Positions 53,501-64,000 of a stretch of 64,000 bases of DNA are shown piece after piece. The stretch is from Takakia lepidozioides (lineage: Eukaryota; Plantae; Bryophyta). Below the pieces are notes generated by a model, which saw only the letters and a list, made by a program, of their open reading frames with translations, searched no databases and had not been told where the DNA came from. A program made the position numbers and the translations under genes. The stretch spans positions 66,030,001 to 66,094,000 of the forward strand of contig CM060732.1 of the NCBI GenBank assembly GCA_030704615.1. The letters are read 5' to 3'. Within the stretch, counting starts at the first letter, position 1. Each line of letters begins with the position of its first letter.

Positions 53501-56500
53501 GATGGAGGCTTTGGAGACCTATGAGCAATTGATGTGCGAAAGGGTGAAGCCCAACCACATCACATTTGTTTGCGTTTGCAATGCTTGTGCAAGCCTGGCA
53601 GCCTTGGAAAGGTGCAATGAGGTCCATGGTGACATTGTCAAAGCTGGATTTGTACCAAATGTCATCCTGAACACTGCCCTGCTGGAGCTGTATGTCAAAT
53701 GTGAGTGCATCGAGGATGCAAAGGGAGTGTTCGACAGGATGTCTAAACGAAATGTGGTGTCGTGGAATTCAATGATCGCAGGATATGCCCAGCATGGTTG
53801 TCATAGGGAGGTCCTGCAACTATTTGAAGGAATGTAAAAGAACGGCTTGAAGCCGGCCAGTATCACCTTTATATGTGGTCTCTCTAGGTAGATGGTCAAT
53901 TGAATGCAGCAGTTGCAGTGGCACAGTTGATGAAATCAGGCACCTCATCCATGGCCACAGCTTCTGAAAGAGGATCAAGAGAGGGAGTCCACAATACCTC
54001 TTCTGGCACTTCTGGGCATGTGAAGATACTTCGTGCGATAGGCAGACTGGCAGAGGCTCTACAGACTATAAACCAAGGAGGCATTTCAGCAGATTCAGAT
54101 ACATATGCTTATCTCTTCCTTAAGTGCATCAAGATGGGAGGTCTGGAAGCTGGAAAGCAGGTGCACACTCACATTATCCAAAGTGGATTCACGTCAATTT
54201 TTTTTCTACTCAACGCCCTTGTCAACATGTATGTTAAGTGTGGGAGCATCATGGATGCTCACCAAGTGTTCAACAGAATGCCTCAACGATGTTTGATCAT
54301 GTGGAACATAATGTTGGCAGGATTTACCAAGCACGGGTGTGGTAGGAATGTTTTGAAGACCTATGAGCAAATGTTGCGCGAAAGGGTGAAGCCCAACCAC
54401 ATCACATTTGTTTGTGTTTACAATGTGGAGCTCTGGAAAAGGGGAAAGAGGTCCATGGTGACATCGTCAAAGCTGGAATTGTACCAGATGTCATTCTGCA
54501 AACTGCTCTGGTGGACATGTATGCCAAATGTGGGTGCATTAAGGATGTGAAGGGAGTCTTCAACACTATGGCTGAACGAGATGTGGTGCCATTGGACGCG
54601 ATGCTTGCAGGGTATGCACAACAAGAACGTGGTATGGAGGCTTTGGAGACTTATGAACAAATGATGGGAAGGGGTGAAGCCCGACCACATCACGTTTGGG
54701 TGCGTTTGCAATGCGTGTGCAAACCTGACAGCTCTGGAAAGGGGCAAAGAGGTCCATGGCGACATCTTCAGAGCTGGAATTGTACCAGATTTCATTCTGA
54801 ACAATACCCTGGTGGACATGTTTGCAAATGTGGGTGCATCTAGGACGCAATGGGAGTGTTCAACACTATGGCTGAACAAGATGTGGCGTCGTGCAAGCCT
54901 GGCAGCCCTAGAAAAGGGCAAAGAGGTACATGGGGATATCGTCAAAGCTGGAATTGTACCAAATGTCATTCTAAACACTACCCTGGCAGCTCTGGAAAAG
55001 GGGAAAGAGGTCCATGGCGACATCTTCAGAGCTGAAATTGTACCAGCTGTCATTCTAAACAAATACCCTGGTGGACATGTTTGCAAAATGTGGGTGCATC
55101 TAGGATGCAAAGGGAGTGTTCGACACTATGGCTGAACGAGGTGTGGTGTCGTGGAGTGTGGTGCTTGCAGGGTATGCACAGCTGGGACGTGGGATGGAGG
55201 CTTTGGAGACCTATGAGCAAATGATGTGCGAGGGGGTGAAGTCCAACCACATCACGTTTGTATGCGTTTGCAGTGCGTGTGCAAGCCTGGCAGCCCTGGA
55301 AAAGGGCGAAGAGGTGCATGGCGACATCGTCAGAGCTGGAATTGTACCAGATGTGATCCTGAACTCTGCCCTGGTGGACATGTATGCCAAATGTGGGTGC
55401 ATGGAGGATGCAAAGGGAGTGTTCGACAATATGACTGAAGGAGATGTAGTGTCGTGGAATGCAATGATCGCAGGATATGCACAACATGGTTGTCATAAGG
55501 AGGTCCTGCAACTATTTGAAGGAATGCAAAAGACGGCTTTGAAGCAGTATGTGTCTCTCTCTATATGCAGCCACACTAGCCTTCTGAATGAAGGTAGACG
55601 CTACTTCGATTCCCTGATTCAAGATCATGGTGTCACTCCGACAGTATAACACTTTGGCTGCAGGGTGGACCTTCTTGGACGTGCGGAACAACTGGATGAG
55701 GCAGGGACCTGATTAATAAATGCCAATCAATCCAGATGTTGTGGTGTGGAAGGCCTTGTTTAGTGCCTGCATAATCCATGACAATGTAGAGGTGGCTCAA
55801 CGTGCGACAACATCTATCGTCAAGTGGAATGAACAGGATGCCGCGACTTATGTTGCTAGAAAACATCTATGCTGCAGCTGGCAGGTGGTTGATACTGTAA
55901 AGGTGAGAAGAATGATGAAGGTCAGAGGGGTTTGAAAAAGGAGCCAGGTCGCTGCTGCATTGAGGTTTGCAACAGGGTGCACACCTTCGTTGTAGATGAC
56001 AAGTTGCATCCCAGAATTAAGGAAATCCATGCCTGAGCTGAGAAGATTGTCTGGGAAGATGAAGGAGGCGGGGTATGTGCCTGACATGCGTTTTGTATTG
56101 CATGATGTGGGGAGGAAGAAAATGAATTTTCTCTTTGCCACCACAGTGAGAAGCTGGCCATTGGTTTTGGGCTGATCAGCATGACCCCTAGGACACATCT
56201 CCGTCTCATCAAGAATCTTCGAGTGTGTGGTGACTGCCACACCTCCACCAAATTCATCTCAAAGATTGTTGCGAACAATTGTTGTACGGGACGCTAACCG
56301 CTTTCACCACTTTGAAGATGGGATTTGTTCTTGTGGTGATTACTGGTGAAAAGATGTCTTCTTGAAAGATGCGAGTGTCTTGCTTCATTCATTGATCTGT
56401 GACTTAGCTACTCACCATCCACCATTTCCCGAAAGTATTGACCATGATGTACTGTTGAGTGCATTTCCTGTGCCATAAATCCACAGGAAATGATAGTGGG

Positions 56501-57058
56501 GTCTACCCGGCATAGGTGGGAATTAGCCCATACTTGCACTTGACTGAAGGGGTGATTTTTTGACTGATTCTGGTGATAGTGGATGGAAATCAGAGTGCTA
56601 TGGGTTTGGGTGGTGGAGCTTCTCCAAAGCTTGAAGATGGAAGCGAATACGAATTTTAATGAGCTTGATGAGAGGGGCACCCATGTGCACAAGTTTATTC
56701 AGCATCTTAAATTTGGACATGTGTTTGTTTCTCGTGGTGTGGCTTTGGATGGAGCCCTTGATGAACTTGCATGAATATTGTCAAAAGCTAGCCTTAACCC
56801 ACCAAGATCCAATCCCATGGTGGATGCTTGAAAGTTCATATAGTGAATGTAAGGGTATTTGGGTATGTTGTTATTGATTGATGCGGCTTGTGAAAATTGA
56901 ATGTTGAAATGCAGATCCTCCATTTTTCTTCCAAAAAAAACAAACACGGGATCTCTGCATGTACCACCGCGGGGATGACCCAGCCCTTTTTTTTGTGAAA
57001 AATTGAACATAGTTCTCAGAATTCGTTGCTAGTAGTGCGGAGCAACGCGAAGCCCTAG
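50545..57058 (+). mobile_element. PPR-DYW-carrying Helitron2/Helentron-like unit B
   Basis: 5' ttcaagcgacgaccgaaggttggaagctagt (partial second copy at about 51249); 3' tcgttgctag-tagtgcggagcaacgcgaagcc-CTAG. Confidence 0.6.
51600..56349 (+). pseudogene. PLS PPR triplet array ending in E1-E2-DYW (PG type), frameshifted
   Basis: About 10 triplets; [37 protein letters not shown]-stop at 56349. Confidence 0.92.
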
Positions 57059-60000
57059 TTCTAGCGACGACAGAAGGTCCAGAGCTAGTTTAGCGTGGAG
57101 CGTGAATAGGGTGCCATAGTTCCACGTCATCGTCGCCACATCATCGTCGTAAGCCATGTCATCGTCGTCATTTCTGTGTGTCGGATGTAATGAACTGGCA
57201 GAGACATTGGCTACCCAGCAGCCTTGGAGCAGGGCAGAGCTTTACGGAAGATCATTGAAGCAGGGTTGAGTCATGCCAACTATCATTCTGAAGCAGGGTC
57301 GTGCCAACTATCATTCTGGACACTATTGTGGTGGACATGTATGCCAAGTGTGAAGAATGCAAAGGCGGTGTTCGACAGTATGGCTTAGCAAAATTAGTCT
57401 CTTGGAATCTGATGGTCGCAGGGTTTGCCCAGCATGGATGTGGGATGGAGGCATTGGAGACTGTACGATGTGTAGAAGTTTGTCCATCCTACAAATGTGG
57501 GCTCTTGGCTCCTGTTACTACCATGATTTGGTATTTCCTAATGTTTACAAGGTTCTTGGGAGAGCAGCTTTGGTCTTAGCAGCCGTGTTTCAATCTCTGC
57601 CTGCTTAGCTGCACCGTGGTGGTTCACTCAGACCAATCCGACATTACCTGACTACAGACACAAGCAGCACACACAAGTGGTCCTTTTGGGTTGATGGTCC
57701 TCCATGGGTCACAAGGTCAAGGACAATGTGGTTGAGGGCACCGTCTTCTTCACCTATTTCAGCCTGTTTTGCCCTCTCATCAGACTCGGCCCTGAGATGC
57801 ATATTGAATTCTGTAAGTTAGCTCGTTGGGTGGATCTGTGGTGGTTTGGAGTGACTTTGACAAGTGACTGCCCGATGTGGCAGCAGGAGAGCAGGCACAA
57901 TATTTGAAGGCCGATTCTTCAAAAGACGGGACTCAGGGACAAATCTTCTTCTGGTGGGGTTCCATGTTTTGTTGTTTGTTGCAAATCCTGCTTGACTGAG
58001 TATCCTGGCATCACTCACATAGAGAGTAAGGAAAATATCTTGATAATCTCCCCAGAATGGAAGTTGGACGCCAGTATATAGTGAGTGTCTTGTTCTTCAG
58101 ACTTAACAGTGGGCGTATTTGTCAGAGTAAGCAAGCACTAGCGTGTCCGGCATGACTCTTTCATGAAGATGACAGCTTGTTCTTGGAACATGCAGGAACA
58201 GTTGGCGAATCTTGATAAGGCCACGTCTCCAAACCAGCCCTGCCATGGTGGCTTGTGGTAGTGCCAACCTACCTCCAAACTTCCTTCACTGAAATTGTGA
58301 CATATTCCCTTTTCTGGTTTTCCCTTCTTTTGAGTGTCTCCCTGCGAATTCAGCAATTGTCCTATGCAATGTCAGTAGTCTGTACAAAAGTTCTTCCTTC
58401 ACCCATATAGCAATGTAGGCTGGGTCCTTGTTGTCATCTGTTATTGTATTAACTCTGCAGAGTGAGAAAGAAAAGTCACAAGTACTAAAAGAGACCAAGC
58501 TTCGAAATCATTTTGAAGCATGAGCCATCTCTTGTTCTCAATTCTTGAATGCACCAAAGCCTTGTTGAACCAGTCCGGCCACTGGATGTACAAAAGCACT
58601 ACCCACATAAGACTTCTCAACTTCCTTTTTGAGGTCAGAAGCCTCAGGTAGAAGCCCTCTGGGTCAGGCACCCCTCTCTCCTCTTCTCTCTCTCATAATG
58701 TGGGTGCAAAACAGATAACAGAGATGAGGAGAAGCTTGGAATGAACACTTTCCGACCCGAGTCACTGGTGGGACAATGGAGACAAAAAGGTGAATGCCTG
58801 TTGGACTACAGAGAGAAGCAGATGAAATTCAGATTTGGAAACTACTGTAATAAGTAGGGTTGGGATGTCTGTTGGAAGAACTTCATGCCGTCAGTCCTAA
58901 ATTTCCATGTTGAATTCTGCAAGTTTAGCTGGTTGACTGAATCTAGTTTGGAGTGACTTTGAACTGATATGCCAATGCGAGAACAGGAAACAGTATCAAC
59001 AACAGGTAACAAAGATGAGGGAGGGTGTTGGAATGAATAATTGCTGCCCCCAAGTCAATGGTGGACAACAGAGGCAAAACGTGAATGCTGCTAGAGAGGT
59101 TGTAGACGCATATTCAGCATAGGAACGAGTGTGATTGGGTGTTTCCTAGAACAAATATAGGCTTGTCATTGTCAGCTGCTAGACAGGCAAGGGCAAAGAG
59201 GAATGTATGATTTGTGCGGAGGGCCTATGGATAGCTGAAGGAGAAGGATAGAGTGTGGGCCAGATATCAAAGAGGGCCAGATTTTCAAGCACAAGATTAC
59301 GTATGTTTCCTATGGATCAATAGCTACAAGAAACCTGCATGCGTAGATGGTAAATTAAAGGCAAGCAGCTGCAGCGGTACAGTTGATAAAATCAAGCACC
59401 TCAACCTGACCACAGGCTTCTGGAAGAGGATCAAGAGAGGGAGTCCACAATGCCTCTTCTGGCACTTCTGGACATGTGAAGTGCTTTGTGAGGCAGGCAG
59501 ACTGAAAGAGGATCTACAGGACTTAACCAAGGGAGGAATTTCAGCAGATTCAGATACGTATGTCTGTTTTTGCATAAGTGCATCAAGATTGAAAGGCCTT
59601 GAAGCTGGAAAGCAGGTGCACACGAGGGGTATTGAAGCCCCATCCACATCCGTTCGTTTTGTTTGTGTTTTGCAATACATGTGCGAGCCTTGGAAAAGGG
59701 AAGAGGTTCATATGACATCGTCAAATCTGGAATTGTACAAGATGTCATTCGAACACTGCTCTAGTGACATGTATGCCAAATGTGGGTACATTAAGGATGC
59801 AAGGCAGTTTTCAAACAATATGGCTGAACGAGATGTGGTGCTCGTGGGAGCGCGATGCTTGCAGGGTAATGCACAGCAGGGAGGTGGGGTGGAGGCTGTG
59901 GAGACCTATGAGCGAATGAGGGGAAGGGGTGAAGCCCAACCAATCACGTTGTGTGTTGTTTGCAATGCGTGTGCAAGCCTGGAGCTCTGGGAAAAGGGCA

Positions 60001-63000
60001 AAGAGGGCCACTTCGACATGTCCAGAGATGGAATGTACCCGATGTCATTCTGACACAAGCCCTCGTGGGAATGTATGCCAAAATGTTGGAGCATCAAGGA
60101 TGCAAAGGCAGTGTTCAACATATGGTTGAATGAAATGTGGTGTCGTGGAATGCGATGCTTGCAGGGTATGCACAGCAGGGGCGCGGGATGGAGGCTTTGG
60201 AGACGTTGTGAGAAATGATGGTGGAAGGGGGTGAAGCCCGACCACAGCAGGTTCTGTGCATTTGCAAGCCTGGCAGCCTGGAAAAGGCAAAGTGGTGCAT
60301 GGTTGCATCGCAAAAGCTGGAACTGTACAAGATGTGATTCTGAACAATACCCTTGTGGATATGTATGCAAAATGTGGGTGCATCGCGGATGCGGAGGGAG
60401 TGTTTGACCGTATGGTGAACGAGATTGGTTTGTCGTGGAGTGCGATGATTGCAGGTTATGCATAGCAAGGCGCGTGATGGAGTCTTTGGAACCTATGAGC
60501 AAATGATGGGGGAAGGGGTGAAGCCCGCCGACAACACAGTTGGTTTCCGTTTGCAATGCCTGTGCAAGCCTGGCAGCCCTGGGAAAGGGCAAACGAGGAC
60601 GCGGTCCATGGTGACATCGTCAAAGCTGGAATTGTACAATGCCCCTGGTGAACAGGTGCACCCATTTTGTGACAAAGCAGGTGCACACTCACATTATCCT
60701 AAGTTGCTCAATTTGGATGGTGTTCAACTGTTGCGGGCATCAACTTAGTAGTTTTGGAGCGACTGTCCCCACTGATAGTAAGGTTGTCCGAGGAACTGGA
60801 ATCTCCAGTGAATATTAACACATCTAATGTGACCCATTTTTCAAAATATGAAGATTTCCAGAGTTCCCATGGGTTAAGGCTTCATGAAGGCACTGCTAAT
60901 GAATGCCCTTCTTCAAACACATGTTCGCCCTGTTTTCCCTCTAATCAGAATCGGCCCTAAATTTCCATGTTGAATTCTGCGAGTTTGTTAGATGTAGTGA
61001 ATCTAGTTGCAGTGACTTGACGATGATACTGCCAATGTGACAACAGGAAAAACTATCCAAAAACAGGTAACAGAGATGAAGAGAAGCTGTGGAATGATAC
61101 TTCTCTGACCCCAGTCAATGTGGGACAACCAAGGCAAAAGGTGAATGCCTGACAGATTACCAGATGTCATCTGAACACTGCCCTGGTGGAAATGTATGTC
61201 AATGTGGTGCATCGAGGAAAGGGAGTGCTCGAAAGTATGCTGAATGAGATGTGGTTGTCGTGGAGTGCGATGATTGAGGCTATGCACAACAAGGTGCGGG
61301 ATGGAGGGCTTGGAGACTATGAGCAAATGATGTACGAAGGGGTGAAGCCCAACCACAGAATGTTTGTTTTGCTTGCAATGCGTGTGCAAGCCTGGGAGCT
61401 CTGGAAAGGGGAAGAGGTCCATGGTGACATAGTCAAAGCTGGAATTGTACCAGATATATCCTGAACACTGCCCTGGTGGGACATGTATGCACGGGATGGA
61501 GCGCTTGGAGACCTATGAGCAAATGATGTGCGAGGGGTGAAGCCCAACCACAAACGTTTGTTTTTGTTGTAATGCGGTGTGCAAGCCTGGGGCTCTGGCA
61601 AAGAGGGAAAGAGGTCCATGGTGACACGTCAAAGCTGGAATTGAAACCAGATGTCATCCTGAACATGCCCTGCTGGACATTGTATGCAAAATTGGGTGCA
61701 TGATGGCTGGACTTGAGGGGATGTCCTGTGGGGACTGCCGATTGTCAGCATGTTATCGCAGGTGGCGAGTTTGACGGATGCCGCACCGAGTATTTGACGT
61801 GCAATGCCCAAGCAAGATGGCTCTACGGACTGCTATGATTGCAGGATCTGCTCAGCATGGTCAATGGTCTCTTTTGTAACTCTTTCAGCGCATGCAAAGA
61901 GAGGCATGAAGCAAGCAGATTGTGTCTCCTTTTAGTTGTCCCAACGATTGTGCTGGCTGAGAGGCTAGAATGGGGCGCAAGCAGCTCCTTGCCAGCATCA
62001 TCAAAGCTGAATTTGAGTCAGATGTTGGATCGGAATGCCCTTGTCAGTATGTATTGCAAGTGCAGGAGTGTGAGGATGCACTCAGTGTTTGACAGAATGC
62101 CACAGCGAGATGTGGTCTCATGGACTGCGATGAGTGGATGGATGTGCACAGAGTGGTCATGGTGAGGAGGCTTTCAAACTCTTTCGACAAATGCAAAGAG
62201 AGGGTGTGAAGCATCCCTGGAACAGGGCAAGTGGGTCCATGCCTACATTATCAAATCTGTGTGTGAGTCAGATGTCTACGTCAGGAATGCCCTCATTGAT
62301 TTGTATACCAAATGTGGGAGTGTAGAGGATGCACGGGAGGTGTTTGACAAAATTCTTAAACCAGATGTGGTCTCATGGACTGGATGATTATAGGATACGC
62401 TCAGCATGGGCGTGGTCACGAGGCTCTCCAACTGTTTGAACTGGTGTGAAGCCAAATGAGGTCACATTTATTGGTGTTCTCTCTGCATGCAGCCATTTGG
62501 GCCTTGTAGATGAAGGTGGTCATTATTTTCAATCCATGTGTCAAGAGCATGGCATTACACGAATACACCACTGCATGGTTGACCTCCTTGGCCGTGCAGG
62601 GCGCTTGGATGAAGAAGATTTCATTGCCAACATGGCACTCAAACCAGGTGCTTCAGTGTGGGGGGCCTTGCTTGGTGCCTGCAGAATCTATGGAAATGTG
62701 GAGTTAGCAGAGTGTGCTGCAGAATGTATTTTCAAGGTGGAATCACAAGATGTATACATTTGCCGTTGGAGATAGATCTCACCCACAAGCAGAGGAGATC
62801 TATGATGCGTTAGAGATTGACTTGGCAGATTAAGGAGGCTGGATATGTGCCTGAGACACGCTTTGTGTTGCGTGATGTGATCAGCAGATGAAGGAACAGA
62901 CTCTTTACCACCACAGCGAAAAGCTGGCCATAGCTTTTGGGCTCATTAGCACACCCCCTAGGACCCCTATCCGCATCAATAAAAACCTATGTGTATGTGG

Positions 63001-63706
63001 GGAGCGCCGCACCAAGTTGATATCCAAAATTGTTGCATGAGAAATTATGCAAGGGATGCCATCTGCTTTCATCACTTCAACAATGGGGTGTGTTCTTGTG
63101 GGACTACTGGTAATAATCTCAGGGTAATACAGCAGCCAGAAAACACTCCAGACAGCTGTTTTACCTACCAAACTAAAAAATATCTTTCCCCAGGTGTGTT
63201 ACCCACCTTCTGGTAAGGCCTTAAAGTTCTCCCAAGGTTATTTCGTTATTTCCCTTGATTTAATACGAGTTACCGCATATATATAAAGAAAAATCAACCT
63301 TGTCCGGTGTGGTATGATCTTCTCCCCACCCCCCCACCCCAGGGTCCCATGAGCCTTGTGCTCGGTTAGTGATCCGGGTTTCAATCCTTCAACATGTGCC
63401 TTCAAACCGACCATTGGCCTCTAGATGGGCTGTGTTGAGCAGTAGGCTCTATAGATTCATTGGATATTAAAGAAAATTTACCTTTATCTTTATCAAAGAG
63501 GTTATTTTCTCCTCACCATAATGAAGGGCCTGATTTGTGAGAAGTAGCTTCCCGTTTTTTTTTTTTTTTTTCCTTTTCTTTCTTTTGAAAGTCTTAGGTG
63601 TCTACCTATGGTAATGCACCATGGGAATGACCCACCCCTTTTTATGAAAATTGAACATAGGTCTTAGAATTCGTCGCTAGTAGTGCGGAGCAACGTGAAG
63701 CCCTAG
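57059..63706 (+). mobile_element. PPR-DYW-carrying Helitron2/Helentron-like unit C, head-to-tail with unit B
   Basis: 5' ttctagcgacga at 57059-57070; 3' tcgtcgctag (63671-63680, exact reverse complement of 57061-57070) then ..gcaacgtgaagccCTAG|t. Confidence 0.6.
59330..63113 (+). pseudogene. Indel-rich PLS PPR repeats ending in a degenerate E-DYW
   Basis: [59 protein letters not shown]; CxxC broken (VCGER); ends ..DYW-taa. Confidence 0.85.
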
Positions 63707-63760
63707 TTTCAGTTTCAGAAAAAGCTATAGATAAAATCAGGCTGTACCCATCATCATGTT

Positions 63761-63834
63761 GGCCTTTTAGCTCAGTTGGTTAGAGCGTCGTGCTAATAAC
63801 GCGAAGGTCGCAGGTTCGAAACCTGCATGGGCCA
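63761..63834 (+). tRNA. tRNA-Ile (AAT)
   Basis: ggccttttagctcagttggttagagcgtcgtgct-AAT-aacgcgaaggtcgcaggttcgaaacctgcatgggcca; full cloverleaf, A/B boxes, T-run at about 63845; one T-T mismatch in the acceptor stem. Confidence 0.92.
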
Positions 63835-64000
63835 GTCGGATGAATTTTAATTATCCTGAGTCTAAATGTTTTTCGGTCATTTAGAAAGACAGAAGATGAA
63901 AAATAGATGAAATCGGAAATAAAAATGGTGTCTGATGAAATGTTTTGGTGCGGGGGGGTACGAGGGACGTTTGCCGTTGCCAACCAAACTTACACTATTC

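Noticed and set aside
52753-55511. Long minus-strand ORFs as real genes
   Set aside because: They are antisense shadows of the PPR repeats; the same applies to antisense ORFs over gypsy pol and TnpD.
59253-60053. Intact 266-aa PPR protein
   Set aside because: The translation drifts in and out of the PPR frame; it is a chance open frame over an indel-rich copy.
63700-63834. tRNA-targeted insertion (unit C ends 54 bp upstream of tRNA-Ile)
   Set aside because: Single instance; the other 3' ends have no intact tRNA gene nearby.

Overview
Nuclear DNA from a land plant, most likely a seed-free plant such as a moss (inferred from the PLS-DYW PPR style, the Replitron and the chromovirus type). The window is almost entirely degenerate PLS-class PPR/DYW RNA-editing-factor sequence interleaved with transposons. 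Left to right: (1) a complete 12.4-kb CACTA element with a CTC TSD inside a PPR gene, carrying divergent TnpD and TnpA, an FCP1/NIF-like domain and captured RPS3A/PPR pieces; (2) a chromoviral Ty3/gypsy inserted in a PPR-DYW gene; (3) a GCM-like/MULE-type transposase fragment and a deleted Copia; (4) a Replitron HUH relic lying between two halves of a PIF1+EEP Helitron-type relic; (5) a 15-copy 116-bp palindrome array ahead of an intron-containing ParB-like + amino-DNA-methyltransferase-like pseudogene; (6) a foldback/MITE nest; (7) a tRNA-Ile(AAT) gene. Main candidate systems: (a) from 37.1 to 63.7 kb the PPR-DYW blocks sit between recurrent Helitron2/Helentron-like ends (asymmetric inverted repeat ctagcgacga/tcgtcgctag, CTAG 3' ends, head-to-tail junctions), suggesting rolling-circle amplification and shuffling of RNA-editing factor modules; (b) a transposon-borne ParB-like + N4C/N6A methyltransferase-like gene with an adjacent palindrome array. 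No intact host protein-coding gene could be supported. Domain calls are by eye and need HMM confirmation.
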